A stretch of 64,000 nt of DNA, from IMG/VR virus record IMGVR_UViG_3300043399_000297, positions 180,023-244,022 of that record. One strand, 5' to 3'. Numbering within the stretch: position 1 is the first letter of the stretch; every line of letters starts with the position of its first letter. The notes under the pieces are model-generated. The model ran no database searches. It worked only from the letters and a program-made list of their open reading frames with translations, and was not told the origin of the DNA. Made by a program: the position numbers and the translations under genes. Positions 9,414 to 19,806 of this stretch are shown piece by piece.

Positions 9414-11681
9414 TTGCAATCCTCACCTGAAATTGAAAACATTATCGAACACGCTATTGAATCTGCTAAGCAGAGGCAGCACGAATATGTGACCGTAGAA
9501 CACCTACTACACGCATTGGTCAATCATCCTCCGTTTAAGAAGTGTCTTAATGGGTTTAACGTAGACACTGATATGATGATTCAAGAAATTGAAGCATATT
9601 TGGGTGGATTGCAGTCAATCGTTTCCAAGGAAGCAGGTATCCAGCCCAAGCGCACTAATACACTTGAGCGAGTTATTAATCGCAGTGTTACGCAGGTGTT
9701 GTTTACTGGTCGTAGGCAAGTAGCTACTATCGATCTTTATATGAGCATTGCTAGCGAAAACAATAGCCACGCTCACTATTTCCTTCTCAAGTATGGTGTG
9801 ATTAAGGGTGATTTTCTTGTTCACTGGCAGAAGACTTATAAGGGCGGAGACTATTCCGGCGGCATTACAGACAATCAAGCTGATGAAATCCTCGAAGAAT
9901 ATACAATCAATCTAACTGATTTGGCTCGCAATGAAAAGCTTGAGCCAGTGATTGGACGCACTAAGGAAATTGACGATATTATCAATGTTCTTGCTAAGCG
10001 TTTCAAGAGCAACGTATTGATGGTCGGCGACCCGGGCGTTGGTAAGACTGCTATTGCAGAAGGAATCGCCAACGCAATCGTAGAAGGCAATGTCCCTGAG
10101 TTCCTTGAGGGCTTTGAACTTTACAGTCTTGAAGTAGGTTCATTGCTTGCAGGTAGTCGTTATCGCGGCGACTTCGAAGAAAAGGTCAAGCAGGTCATCG
10201 ATGCGCTTAACGTAAAGAAGAAGGCTATCCTTTTCATTGACGAAGCACACACTATGCAGGGTGCAGGTGGAGCAAGTAATGGTGCAGTTGATTTTGCGAA
10301 TATGCTTAAGCCCGCCATCACTAAGGGCACATTGAAAGTAATCGCAAGCACGACTTGGGAAGAGTTCTATGAGAGCTTTGAGAAGGACCGTGCATTGATG
10401 CGCAGGTTCTATCGCGTAAGCGTTGATGAGCCTAGCCGTGACAGCACAGTGCGTATTCTTAAGGGTCTTGCAGTCAGGCTAAATGATTTCCACGAAGTCC
10501 ATATCACTGACGAGGCGGTCGAGGCCGCAGTAGATAATGCTGCCCGTTATATTCACGATAGAAAGAATCCTGACAAGAGTATCGACCTATTGGATGCTGC
10601 CTGTGCTAAGCAGAAGGTGCTTGGTCGCAAGGGAGTAGACATTACTAAGGAGTTGATCTTTGAGCAGGTCGAGAAGTTCACTGGTGTCCCGGCTGACAAG
10701 TTGAATGGCGATAATATGGATCGTGTTCAGAATCTTGAAATGAACGTAAAGAACAAGCTTTATGGTCAGGACGAAGTTGTTGACAAGGTTCTTGAACGTG
10801 TTTATGTTTCGTTTGCTGGTATCGGTAACGATACTAAGCCTATCGCAAGTTTCTTGTTCTTGGGCCCAACTGGCACGGGTAAAACAGAATTGGCTAAGCT
10901 ATTGTCCAAGAATTTGGATATGCCATTGCTTAAGTATGATATGAGTGAATATTCAGAAAAGCATAGCGTAAGTAGCTTGATCGGTCCGCCCCCGGGTTAT
11001 GTAGGCTTCGGCGATTCGCAGGTGCAGGGTGGACGTTTGATTTCAGACTTGAGCAAGAACCCTCATTCAATTCTACTCTTTGATGAAGTTGAGAAGGCGC
11101 ACCCCGATATCTTCAATATCTTCTTGCAGATTTTGGATGAGGGAACAGTTACTGGTTCAAATGGTAAGCAGGTATCTTGCAAGAATACTCTTATTATCTT
11201 GACTAGCAATCTTGGTAGTGCAGACAATGAACGCAACACTATCGGCTTCGGTGATCTTGAACGCACCGGTGAAGACGATAAGGCACTTAAGCAGTTCTTC
11301 AAGCCTGAGTTTAGAAATCGTCTTGATATGGTCTGTAAGTTCAACAAGCTTGATACGCTTTCTATCAAGAAGATCGTTATCAAGTTCGTAGAAGAACTTA
11401 AGAAGCCACTACTTGACAAGCACGATATCACTCTCAATCTTTCCGAAGAAGTTGTTGATCATCTTGCTAAGGTAGGATATGATAACAAGATGGGCGCTCG
11501 TCCTTTAGCTCGTAAGATTGACGAGTTGATTCGTGTTCCATTGTCAAAGAAGATTCTTTTTGAGCGTATCAACAATGCGAATGTGCTAGCAGTAATGGAT
11601 AACGAAGATGTTACGTTTGAAATTACTGTCAAGCAGAATGCAAGGATCGGTGATGACGGCATCATTCAAATTGAAAACTGA
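9414..11681 (+). CDS. clpA: ClpA/ClpB family AAA+ chaperone
   Basis: Clp N domain (EHLL), GDPGVGKT, LFIDEAH, GPTGTGKTE, LFDEVEKAH, PEFRNRLD, MGARPL; no ClpB M-domain. Confidence 0.9.
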   Translation: MQSSPEIENIIEHAIESAKQRQHEYVTVEHLLHALVNHPPFKKCLNGFNVDTDMMIQEIEAYLGGLQSIVSKEAGIQPKRTNTLERVINRSVTQVLFTGRRQVATIDLYMSIASENNSHAHYFLLKYGVIKGDFLVHWQKTYKGGDYSGGITDNQADEILEEYTINLTDLARNEKLEPVIGRTKEIDDIINVLAKRFKSNVLMVGDPGVGKTAIAEGIANAIVEGNVPEFLEGFELYSLEVGSLLAGSRYRGDFEEKVKQVIDALNVKKKAILFIDEAHTMQGAGGASNGAVDFANMLKPAITKGTLKVIASTTWEEFYESFEKDRALMRRFYRVSVDEPSRDSTVRILKGLAVRLNDFHEVHITDEAVEAAVDNAARYIHDRKNPDKSIDLLDAACAKQKVLGRKGVDITKELIFEQVEKFTGVPADKLNGDNMDRVQNLEMNVKNKLYGQDEVVDKVLERVYVSFAGIGNDTKPIASFLFLGPTGTGKTELAKLLSKNLDMPLLKYDMSEYSEKHSVSSLIGPPPGYVGFGDSQVQGGRLISDLSKNPHSILLFDEVEKAHPDIFNIFLQILDEGTVTGSNGKQVSCKNTLIILTSNLGSADNERNTIGFGDLERTGEDDKALKQFFKPEFRNRLDMVCKFNKLDTLSIKKIVIKFVEELKKPLLDKHDITLNLSEEVVDHLAKVGYDNKMGARPLARKIDELIRVPLSKKILFERINNANVLAVMDNEDVTFEITVKQNARIGDDGIIQIEN

Positions 11682-12333
11682 ACATAGAGATAAGTTGTAT
11701 TGGAACAAATACAACTATAAAATGTCAGTTGAATATATTGGGTTAAGATGTGCCCATTATGCTAATACTCTTGCTGAGTTTGAAATGTATGTTAAGGACC
11801 GCGAGAAGTCAAAATGGTATCATACTCCAATTAAATATAAGGATTTAACTGGTAAAGACCTAAACACAATTGATAAAATCATTAAGTTTAAGACTAGATT
11901 TAAGACTATAGATGGAACTATTCGTAGAGAAAATGATAGTTTTGTATTCTATAGCGATGATCTTAAGTTCTTGAAAGAAATATTCAAGATTGATAACCTA
12001 TCACCTAAGTTGTATAAAGTAGAACTGATGCCAACTGGTATCAAGTATTTTGCTAAGGATCCTCCTAGTACCTTTAGGCTTTATTTAACTAATGGTAAAA
12101 TTGATTTAGAAACTAAGCGGGATATACTTGAATATATTAATAGAACACCCGACTTGGAACCTAGTAATAGATTATACGATTGGTTACATAGAGAGTCGAG
12201 CCGCTATAACTATACTTACTTGTGGGATAACTATTTTATCAATTACAATGATTCTAGTAATTATACTATGATGGCATTGAAGTTTCCAGAAATAATTGGT
12301 AAAAATTACAAGTTAGAAAAGAAGCCCAAGTAA
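11653..12333 (+). CDS. Hypothetical protein
   Basis: Long ORF; start uncertain (11608 or 11653). Confidence 0.7.
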   Translation: MTASFKLKTEHRDKLYWNKYNYKMSVEYIGLRCAHYANTLAEFEMYVKDREKSKWYHTPIKYKDLTGKDLNTIDKIIKFKTRFKTIDGTIRRENDSFVFYSDDLKFLKEIFKIDNLSPKLYKVELMPTGIKYFAKDPPSTFRLYLTNGKIDLETKRDILEYINRTPDLEPSNRLYDWLHRESSRYNYTYLWDNYFINYNDSSNYTMMALKFPEIIGKNYKLEKKPK

Positions 12334-12365
12334 GATAAATACTCTATATATTTTGGAGTATTATA

Positions 12366-12530
12366 ATGGCAAAAATGATCGAAGAGGTCATTGTTATCAA
12401 GTTATCAAAGCTTGTAAAAGACAGTGACGATACTGACCAGATCGTAACAGAAGATGCTCAAATTGCATTAGAGCAAGTTGCACAGGAACTTGCAGGTAAT
12501 GGGGTCTTAGTAGAGGTTGAGAAAGCTTAA
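12366..12530 (+). CDS. Small hypothetical protein not in the ORF track (54 aa)
   Basis: GATAAATA, GGAG SD, MAKMIEEVIVIKLSKLVKD...EVEKA*, TAATG overlap with the next gene. Confidence 0.7.
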   Translation: MAKMIEEVIVIKLSKLVKDSDDTDQIVTEDAQIALEQVAQELAGNGVLVEVEKA

Positions 12531-12916
12531 TGTCTCAAGTCACTACTCTGATCCTATTCCCACAAACCGTTTATCACAATCCTGGTAACGGTGCCCCCTA
12601 TACAGTAACTGGCAATAGCCAGGCTGCTGCTGCATATTATCTAGGAAATCAAGATTTACAAACAGTGAACATTGGATTATCTAATTGTTCAGGTAATATC
12701 GTATTGGAAGCTACATTAGCTAGTAACCCAAGTGAAACTGATTGGTTTAAAGTCTATGAATTGGAAGCAAACGCAAATGCTGCTAGTAATTCAGCACCTC
12801 AAATCGCAAGCAATGCTAAAATCTACACTAACGTTGAAGGTAACTTCGTCTATATGAGAGCAAAGATTGAGGACTTTCAGGGCGGCGTAGTAAATTACGT
12901 CAAATTATCATATTAA
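12530..12916 (+). CDS. Probable virion protein
   Basis: 128 aa, beta-rich, late operon. Confidence 0.5.
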   Translation: MSQVTTLILFPQTVYHNPGNGAPYTVTGNSQAAAAYYLGNQDLQTVNIGLSNCSGNIVLEATLASNPSETDWFKVYELEANANAASNSAPQIASNAKIYTNVEGNFVYMRAKIEDFQGGVVNYVKLSY

Positions 12917-12926
12917 GGAAAGTTAA

Positions 12927-13451
12927 ATGTCAGTTGAACTTTTTAGGAAATATATTGATATCATCAATGAAAATGCGGATGTTGATATAAATCAAATTGC
13001 AAGCCAACTTGAGTTTTTGCCAACCAAAAAGCAAGCAAAGCAATATAAGTTTGTCAACAACGGCAAGCCAGGACAATTACCTCCTATGACATATACTGTT
13101 TCTGCTATGGAACAGCCGGTTGTTACTATTACTAGCGATGGTAAAGAAACGCAGAATGTAGCAGAAAAGGGCGATATTATTATGAGTGGCCCGAGCAGAG
13201 AAAATTATGTGGTGAAGTCTGCTAAGTTTCCTAAGTTATATCAAGGTGAACTAGGGCAGACAGTTGTTCCAGAACAAAGTCCTAGAATGGTAGCAGTCTA
13301 TACAGCACAGCAGCCTATCACGTTCACTGCACCTTGGGGAGAATCAATGGTACTAAAGCCCGGCGACTATCTTGTTAAGGATGGGGATCAGGGATATTAT
13401 AGAATAGCCAAAGTAGAATACGAACAAACATATAATCCACCAGGAAAATAA
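12927..13451 (+). CDS. PGDYG-like domain protein with putative capsid-targeting N-terminus
   Basis: AEKGDIIM and LKPGDYLV repeats; N-terminus ends IINE. Confidence 0.55.
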   Translation: MSVELFRKYIDIINENADVDINQIASQLEFLPTKKQAKQYKFVNNGKPGQLPPMTYTVSAMEQPVVTITSDGKETQNVAEKGDIIMSGPSRENYVVKSAKFPKLYQGELGQTVVPEQSPRMVAVYTAQQPITFTAPWGESMVLKPGDYLVKDGDQGYYRIAKVEYEQTYNPPGK

Positions 13452-13454
13452 TCT

Positions 13455-14621
13455 ATGAGTCAAATTGTCATTATGCCAGGGGGATTTCACCCCTTTCACG
13501 CAGGACACGCTGCATTATATAATAGCGCCTTAAAAGCCTTCCCTAACGCAGAAGTTTATGTAGCAGCAACTAATGATACTAAGACTCGCCCATTTCCTTT
13601 TGAGATTAAAGAGAAACTAGCTAAAGTTGCGGGTGTAAAGCCTGGGCATTTCATACAAGTAAAGAGTCCGTTTCAAGCTAAAGAAATTACACAGAATTAT
13701 GATCCAGAACGCGACACACTAATTTTTGTTCGTAGCGAAAAAGATAGAACAGAACAACCACAGCCCGGCGGCACAAAGAAAGATGGGTCGCCTGCGTATT
13801 TTCAACCATATACAGGTAAGAATATGCAACCATTCGGCAAACACGCATATATGGCATATCTACCTACAGTAGAGTTTGGTCCTGGAATCAAGAGTGCAAC
13901 TGAGATACGAAATAGTTGGCCTAAATTAGATGATCGTCGTAAACTAGCTATGGTTATGAGTTTATATCCTGCTGCACAAGAAAATCAAAAATTAGCACAG
14001 AATATTATTAAGATGCTTGATTTGGGTATGGGAACAGAACAAATGAATGAATCAATTCTTCAAGAAAAGCCCGGTGATGTTTACTCTAAACGAATGGCTA
14101 ATATTGTTCAAGATTTAGGTAATAATTATTATTTAGGTGATGATAGTTATGATGATGACGAAGGATTCACTAAAGAAAGTTATTCTGTGTGGCATAGAGA
14201 AGGACCTGATGAATACAGGCACGTTGGGTATGTAAATATAAGTCCATATGGACGTTTCCGTAGACCCGGCCAACTAGAAGACGAAATTGAAAAACTAATT
14301 GTTCAAGATCAAAGTCTTGATGAAGAAAAATCTAGTGTAGAAGACTTATACAATGATCCAGAAACACATAGTATTCTTGCTTATGCCAAACAGCATTACC
14401 CAGAGGAACCTGATTTACAGACAGCATTCGTTAAGTTTGTTTTACGTAGTTTAAAGCACAGTGAAGAAGACGATAGAAACCAAGATCAAGAGCTAGAGCG
14501 TCATAGTAAAGATATTAATTTATTGATGAATCGGGTAAAATCGTTACATAATGAGTTGGAAAAAGTTAGTAAAAAATCTAATAAAGTAGATGAAAGTCGA
14601 GATTATTTAGAAGAAAAATAA
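13455..14621 (+). CDS. HIGH-motif nucleotidyltransferase-like protein with modular C-terminus
   Basis: IMPGGFHPFHAGH and ..SATEIR; C-terminal modules separated by MNE/LDE/VDE. Confidence 0.7.
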   Translation: MSQIVIMPGGFHPFHAGHAALYNSALKAFPNAEVYVAATNDTKTRPFPFEIKEKLAKVAGVKPGHFIQVKSPFQAKEITQNYDPERDTLIFVRSEKDRTEQPQPGGTKKDGSPAYFQPYTGKNMQPFGKHAYMAYLPTVEFGPGIKSATEIRNSWPKLDDRRKLAMVMSLYPAAQENQKLAQNIIKMLDLGMGTEQMNESILQEKPGDVYSKRMANIVQDLGNNYYLGDDSYDDDEGFTKESYSVWHREGPDEYRHVGYVNISPYGRFRRPGQLEDEIEKLIVQDQSLDEEKSSVEDLYNDPETHSILAYAKQHYPEEPDLQTAFVKFVLRSLKHSEEDDRNQDQELERHSKDINLLMNRVKSLHNELEKVSKKSNKVDESRDYLEEK

Positions 14622-14673
14622 TTTCACTGCCATAATTCCTCGTAAATATCATTATAATTTAAAAGAGGACCAA

Positions 14674-15573
14674 ATGGCACGTAAACCAACTACTACTAAG
14701 AATACCAAAAAGAACGAACAGAAGATTATTCCCGTAGAAGCCGTTCAGGAAATTGCTGAACAGGCTGCACAAGAGCAGCAGGAAGGCCCCAAGGAAGGTC
14801 AAGTTCAGGTTAACGTAGATTTTCTACGCACTACTAAGGTACATATCGCTATGCCTTGCTATGGCGGTATGCTTACAGAATCAACATTTATGAGTTTTAT
14901 CAAGTGGGCAAATACTGCCCGTCAGCTTGGCATTGACTGGACATTAGAAACTATGGTTAATGAAAGTCTCATTAGCCGCGCACGTAACACACTTACTGCG
15001 AAGTTTCTTGATATGCCCGACGCAACTCACTTATTCTTCGTTGACGCCGATATCGGCTGGGAGCCCTGGCATCTATTGGTCCTCTTGAACAGGGACGTTG
15101 ACGTTATCGGCGGACTATACCCAATGAAGACAATGCCTATCAAGTGGGTTGTTAACGGGTTTGAGGGTGCAGAAGAAGGTCCTGACGGATTGCAGGAAGT
15201 ATCAAAGGCAGGTACTGGTTTCTTATTGATGAAGAAGCACGTATTCGAAAAGCTTAATGTTCACCCGGCAGTCAAGCAGTATAAGAATGATATTGGCCTT
15301 GATCCAAAGTATGACCAATATCTAAAGACATATTTTGATACCGCAGTTCGTCAGAATCGTTATTATAGCGAGGATTGGACATTTTCAGAGAACTTTAGAG
15401 ATTTGGGAGGCAAGATTTATGTTGACAAAAGAGTATTATTGCGTCACAGTGGATCATATGTTTTCTGCTTAGAAAATCAACAGTATTTGCTTGATCAAAT
15501 CGGCCCCATGTGGGCTGAAGCTCAAAAAGCTAAAGGATTCAAGATTATTGATGAAAATGGAAACGAGATTTAA
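14674..15573 (+). CDS. GT-A fold glycosyltransferase-like protein
   Basis: IAMPCYGG, RARN, FFVDAD (DxD), GTGFLL, SEDWTF. Confidence 0.7.
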   Translation: MARKPTTTKNTKKNEQKIIPVEAVQEIAEQAAQEQQEGPKEGQVQVNVDFLRTTKVHIAMPCYGGMLTESTFMSFIKWANTARQLGIDWTLETMVNESLISRARNTLTAKFLDMPDATHLFFVDADIGWEPWHLLVLLNRDVDVIGGLYPMKTMPIKWVVNGFEGAEEGPDGLQEVSKAGTGFLLMKKHVFEKLNVHPAVKQYKNDIGLDPKYDQYLKTYFDTAVRQNRYYSEDWTFSENFRDLGGKIYVDKRVLLRHSGSYVFCLENQQYLLDQIGPMWAEAQKAKGFKIIDENGNEI

Positions 15574-15585
15574 GTTTCTATAACT

Positions 15586-15615
15586 AGAAAGGGTTAACTT
15601 AAGTTAACCCTTTCT
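15586..15615. terminator. Perfect 30-bp palindrome / bidirectional terminator
   Basis: AGAAAGGGTTAACTTAAGTTAACCCTTTCT between convergent genes, followed by a T-run. Confidence 0.65.
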
Positions 15616-16222
15616 TTTTACAATGATCAAAGTGATGTTTTCTCATTCCGCCGGACATCCCTGTTTTGTTACAATGAGGACAAGTTACTATTTCTCTAGC
15701 CGGATTCTTATCACCTAACTTAGATGCTGATAAGTTGGCTCGCGTTTCATCCGTTCGCTTCTGTCCTTTTCCTCCTTTTGATATGAGGGCTTTAGACTCT
15801 TCCGAATGAGTTCTGCCGTAAAAGGGATTGTTATTCCCTTTATTTTTACCCCTCATGAATTCACTATGAAATCGGGCTGCTTCTGCTCTAATATCAGAAT
15901 AGTCATTATTGAATGTTCGTTGTTGTGTTCTACTCTGCGGATTACACATTCTAACCGCCGCGGCTAGCATCTTTCTTTTGGGTTCAATGTTATTAACCAT
16001 ATTAGGTAACAACAAATGAACTTCCAGATGTTCGTTTGCTGTTAGCCACACTAGATTGTCCGCAGTATTTTCTCCTCCCAATGATTTAGGAATAATATGG
16101 TGTCGTTCTACATAGCCTACGATAGCTTTTGCTTGTTTCCTAGATAGATAGCCAGGTGCTCTTGTATTTGCTATATCTACTATACGATAGTATTGTTTTG
16201 TATAATCAGTGTCATTAAACAT
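15599..16222 (-). CDS. HNH homing endonuclease with NUMOD3 repeats
   Basis: ERHHIIPKSLGG..NLVWLT..EH..H; NPFYGRTHSEES; terminal CPHC. Confidence 0.85.
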   Translation of the reverse strand: MFNDTDYTKQYYRIVDIANTRAPGYLSRKQAKAIVGYVERHHIIPKSLGGENTADNLVWLTANEHLEVHLLLPNMVNNIEPKRKMLAAAVRMCNPQSRTQQRTFNNDYSDIRAEAARFHSEFMRGKNKGNNNPFYGRTHSEESKALISKGGKGQKRTDETRANLSASKLGDKNPAREIVTCPHCNKTGMSGGMRKHHFDHCKKKGLT

Positions 16223-16226
16223 AAAT

Positions 16227-16282
16227 ACCTCAGCTTTATTTATACTATAGTAACAATATTCAAATAAAACATTGTGTGAGGT
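16227..16282 (-). promoter_or_regulatory. RBS-sequestering hairpin with embedded late promoter
   Basis: Minus strand ACCTCA...TATAAATA(16244-16237)...TGAGGT just before the ATG. Confidence 0.5.
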
Positions 16283-16337
16283 TAGTATATGTTATTTAGG
16301 TTGGATGATAAATACTCTATAACAATGGGTTTCCAAT

Positions 16338-17723
16338 ATGAAAATTAAAGATATCTATGAAAGTACTACTAGTGGCGCTATCGCTACAGTAGCCTCTCCA
16401 ATGACCACACAATCTCGTAATGCTAGTATCTATGGTGGTAAGAAGGGCGGCAATCTACTTACTGGCACAAAAACTAAAAAGAAGTATGCTAACTCTATTT
16501 CAGAATCGCCAGCTACCGATAAGAGTAACTATTCGGTTGTAAAGGCAGAAGATCACAAGGGAAAGCCGTGTTTCAAAGTAGAATATAAAGGCAAGCCTGC
16601 GTTAAGCACTAGAATCTTTAGAACTAGAGAGGACGCTAATAAGGCGATTGCTAAGATGACAACTGTTAACGAAAGCAAGATGAAAGAGCTTTCTATGGAT
16701 CTTAAAGATATGGACAATGGCAATTTCAAAAAGAAATATGGCAAAAGCAAAGAACAAATGAGATTATCATTAGGTGATCCTGAATCAAAGAAGACGGTTC
16801 ACGAGGCACATCTAGAAGAAGATGATTCCAAGTATAAGCTGGCTAAATTTAATTACAAATCCAATCGGTTTGAACACCACAGTGATCACGACACTGCGGA
16901 TCAGGCCCGCACTGCGGCCCGGTCATTATTAGGCGGAAGACACGGTAATCAAATACGTATCACTGACCCAGCAGGAGAAAAGATTTCATTAAAAAAGAAG
17001 CCAGTAAAGGAAGCACATCTAGAAGAAGACGATTTGATTCTTGTGCCGGGGCAAGGTCATAAATTAAAGACAGGTTTTCATAAGTTTGATCCAGATAAAG
17101 CAGAACATGAGGGCGAAACATTAAAGAATAGTCTTAGAACTATTGCTCGCAATGCTAAAGAACTTCATAGTAGATTAGAAAATCACGATCAATTTCCAGA
17201 ATGGGTAAGTGAAAAGATTGGCACTATTAAGGGTATGATGACTAGTGTTACTGAATATCTCATTAGTCACCAAGAAGGTGATGCCCTAGATGAGCCAACT
17301 GAAATGGCAACTACAGCCGGCGTTATTGCAGGTGGCGGCGTTGGTGAGGCTGCTGACCCAATCGCAAAAAGAATCACTGTCAAAAAATGGGGCGGAAATG
17401 ACATGCATAGCTGGGCTGTTCTAGTCGACGGTAAGCCAGCAGTCACTGGATTGGGTAAGAACGAAGTCAACTATTACAAGAATATGGTAATGAAAAAATT
17501 ACGAGATAAGCCACATTTAACCGGAACTAATATTGAAGAAGCACAGACAATGAGCGGTGCATTAAAGAACACTCTCGCTAAAGCAGAGACTGGTTCTAAG
17601 CTAGATCAAAGTATCAAAAGACATAATGCTAATATCAAAGCCGGGCAATCTGGTACATTAAAGAATGCCCCAACTGGTTATCACTTTGATAGCAAGGGCT
17701 ATTGCAGATTGGGAGATAAGTGA
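16338..17723 (+). CDS. Putative internal head protein (modular, protease-processed)
   Basis: MKIKDIYE N-terminus; many (I/V/L)xE sites; GATAAATA upstream. Confidence 0.55.
   Translation: MKIKDIYESTTSGAIATVASPMTTQSRNASIYGGKKGGNLLTGTKTKKKYANSISESPATDKSNYSVVKAEDHKGKPCFKVEYKGKPALSTRIFRTREDANKAIAKMTTVNESKMKELSMDLKDMDNGNFKKKYGKSKEQMRLSLGDPESKKTVHEAHLEEDDSKYKLAKFNYKSNRFEHHSDHDTADQARTAARSLLGGRHGNQIRITDPAGEKISLKKKPVKEAHLEEDDLILVPGQGHKLKTGFHKFDPDKAEHEGETLKNSLRTIARNAKELHSRLENHDQFPEWVSEKIGTIKGMMTSVTEYLISHQEGDALDEPTEMATTAGVIAGGGVGEAADPIAKRITVKKWGGNDMHSWAVLVDGKPAVTGLGKNEVNYYKNMVMKKLRDKPHLTGTNIEEAQTMSGALKNTLAKAETGSKLDQSIKRHNANIKAGQSGTLKNAPTGYHFDSKGYCRLGDK
16806..17029 (+). repeat. 17-bp direct repeat GCACATCTAGAAGAAGA flanking a 69-codon module
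   Basis: Copies at 16806-16822 and 17013-17029, both encoding AHLEED. Confidence 0.8.
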
Positions 17724-17725
17724 GG

Positions 17726-18373
17726 TCACTTTGACTTACACTTGTCTCCGTGCCATCGCTTAAAGTTTGACGCTCCCTTACCGGAAGTTCCGCAATGTTC
17801 ACACTTCCAAAGTTGCTGGGATGGGTGAGTTCCGTTTTCTAACATTTCGCGGTTTCTTGCTTTATGGTAGCCTGCACCTTGCCAAGGATGAGTGCCGTTC
17901 TTTACGCGGTCACTAGCAACACTTGTTCCATCCGGCCTCTTTAAAAATGGATTAGTGCCATCTTTAACTCTATCACTAGTTCTACTAGTACCGTCGGCAC
18001 GCCTAAGAAAAGGATGAGTGCCGTTCTTAACTCTCTTTAAGTTTCGTTTAGTAGCAGCTTCTTTGTCTAAGAAATGATGGACGCCAGCCGCCAGCCTTTC
18101 GTATGCTGCCTTTCTTGACAATTCCGACTTTTCTTCCGGCGTTATTTGTATATGCCCGCTGATCTTTAAACAAGCGGACCAATCACCCTGTGAATAATGA
18201 ATGTCATAGTGTTCTTTGATAGATACCGCGATTAGATTATTAGGGTCATTATTTGAACGCTTACCGTCGATATGATGAATCTCATACTTTCTTCCGGTTT
18301 CGTCTTTCGGTATTTGACCATAATGATGTTCATATATTCTACGGTACTTGTCTGTACCACAATAAATACACAT
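17726..18373 (-). CDS. HNH endonuclease with GTHPF repeats
   Basis: YEIHHIDGKRSNNDPNNL..EHYDIH; repeated RVKNGTHPF; terminal CEHC..WHGDKCK; paralog of 53054-53653. Confidence 0.85.
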   Translation of the reverse strand: MCIYCGTDKYRRIYEHHYGQIPKDETGRKYEIHHIDGKRSNNDPNNLIAVSIKEHYDIHYSQGDWSACLKISGHIQITPEEKSELSRKAAYERLAAGVHHFLDKEAATKRNLKRVKNGTHPFLRRADGTSRTSDRVKDGTNPFLKRPDGTSVASDRVKNGTHPWQGAGYHKARNREMLENGTHPSQQLWKCEHCGTSGKGASNFKRWHGDKCKSK

Positions 18374-18448
18374 AGCTGATGCTCCTTGTAAGCGTTAGAG
18401 TAGTTGGGTATTACCAGTACCGTGAACTACATTATATTTCTATTTATA
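18362..18448. ncRNA. Conserved two-hairpin element copy B between convergent late promoters
   Basis: +ATAAATA 18362-18368; CTGATGCT-ccttgta-AGCGTTAG; GTAGTT-G-GGTA-ttaccag-TACC-gTg-AACTAC; -TATAAATA 18441-18448. Confidence 0.75.
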
Positions 18449-18483
18449 CTAAATACATAATAATGACATTTAAGGAGACCGGC

Positions 18484-19806
18484 GTGAGTTCAATAATGAA
18501 AGGGATCGTAGACGAAGGCGAGAGCGTATCCGTTCTTTACATTGACGGGAAACCATCAACAAAGTATTCTAAATCACACGAAGCAGAAGAAGATGCAAAA
18601 CGACTTCGCGTAAAGTTTCCGAACAAGAAGATTGAAATCAAGCAAGAAGTTCGTGAGGTTAAGCAGCGTTTAGACCCTAAGTGCTGGAAAGGTAAGCACA
18701 AAGAAGGCACAAAGATTAAAGGCGGTGTAAGAGTTAATAATTGCGTCCCAAATGAAAGTGTTGAAGAAGCGTCAAGTCCTGCACAACAGGCTGCTATTGC
18801 CATCAATATGAAAAAGCAAGGTAAAAAGCCAAAGAACGAAGATTATACCGGACAATTCACAGCAGAAAGAACAGCAGCAATTAATCCATACGGTGGATTA
18901 AAAGATCGTCAATATAGAGGTGCAATTAATGAAGGTGATGACAATTACGAAATTGGTTCTCAGCTTTTAGACATTGCATATGAAATGAAAGAACTTGCTG
19001 AAAGTGCAATGCGTTTAGTTAGAGGAACACCTGAAGAAGGTAGAGCTAAATCATATTGGTATCCTCATATCTTAATGGCAATCACTGATGATCATGGTTA
19101 TATGGGTAAGAATATGGCTACACTGATGGGGTCTGCTGAAGCACTTATGAGTGGTGATGAAGATGAGATAGGTGAGGCTCGCGACCCTGCAATGGTCAAA
19201 GCAGCAAACAAGAATCTAGTAGACTTAGCATCCGGTGAAGTTCGTCGCAGAGAAATAGCAAGAAGAAAAGCAGAAAAAGCACAAAGGCAAGCGTCAAAAT
19301 ACCTAGCTAGTCTAGATAGACCAAAGAAAAAATCTAAGCAAGATTTACAAATGCTTTGGTCTAAGATTGAGGGCGTAATTTCCAACTCTTTCCCAGACGG
19401 TGATCCATATGATCAATTATGGCCATATATGCAAAAGAATGGATTTACACAAGATGATGTAGAACGAGCATCAAAGATGAATGGCTATAAGGATCTATGG
19501 GACTATTGGGATACGTTAGCTAACGATATTGAAACAGATATGCGGTATGATTGGGAACATAGTGGTCGTCAAGGTCCTGAACCAAAGATACATAGATTTG
19601 GAATGAATGAAACACCAGACACTTCTGGGCCAATTGGCACTCAGCCCGGCGGTTGGCGCAGAACAGATATGGATGAAGATACTTCATTTGGAACTGGTAT
19701 GGGACAAGGTGGCAATGCCGGCCAATCATATCGTAAGTTCAGACCAAAAAGTGCAGGAACTTTCAAAGAAAGTGCAATCTTAAAAGGAATCACTAGTGAG
19801 AGCTAA
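18484..19806 (+). CDS. Putative internal head protein (modular)
   Basis: AAGGAG then GTG at 18484; modules such as CWKGKHKEGTK..NCVP and ASSPAQQAAIAI separated by VxE/INE/IGE/MNE. Confidence 0.55.
   Translation: MSSIMKGIVDEGESVSVLYIDGKPSTKYSKSHEAEEDAKRLRVKFPNKKIEIKQEVREVKQRLDPKCWKGKHKEGTKIKGGVRVNNCVPNESVEEASSPAQQAAIAINMKKQGKKPKNEDYTGQFTAERTAAINPYGGLKDRQYRGAINEGDDNYEIGSQLLDIAYEMKELAESAMRLVRGTPEEGRAKSYWYPHILMAITDDHGYMGKNMATLMGSAEALMSGDEDEIGEARDPAMVKAANKNLVDLASGEVRRREIARRKAEKAQRQASKYLASLDRPKKKSKQDLQMLWSKIEGVISNSFPDGDPYDQLWPYMQKNGFTQDDVERASKMNGYKDLWDYWDTLANDIETDMRYDWEHSGRQGPEPKIHRFGMNETPDTSGPIGTQPGGWRRTDMDEDTSFGTGMGQGGNAGQSYRKFRPKSAGTFKESAILKGITSES

Noticed and set aside
18379-18483. N-terminal extension of ORF 18379-19806
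   Set aside because: Runs through the structured element and promoters; AAGGAG plus GTG at 18484 is a better start
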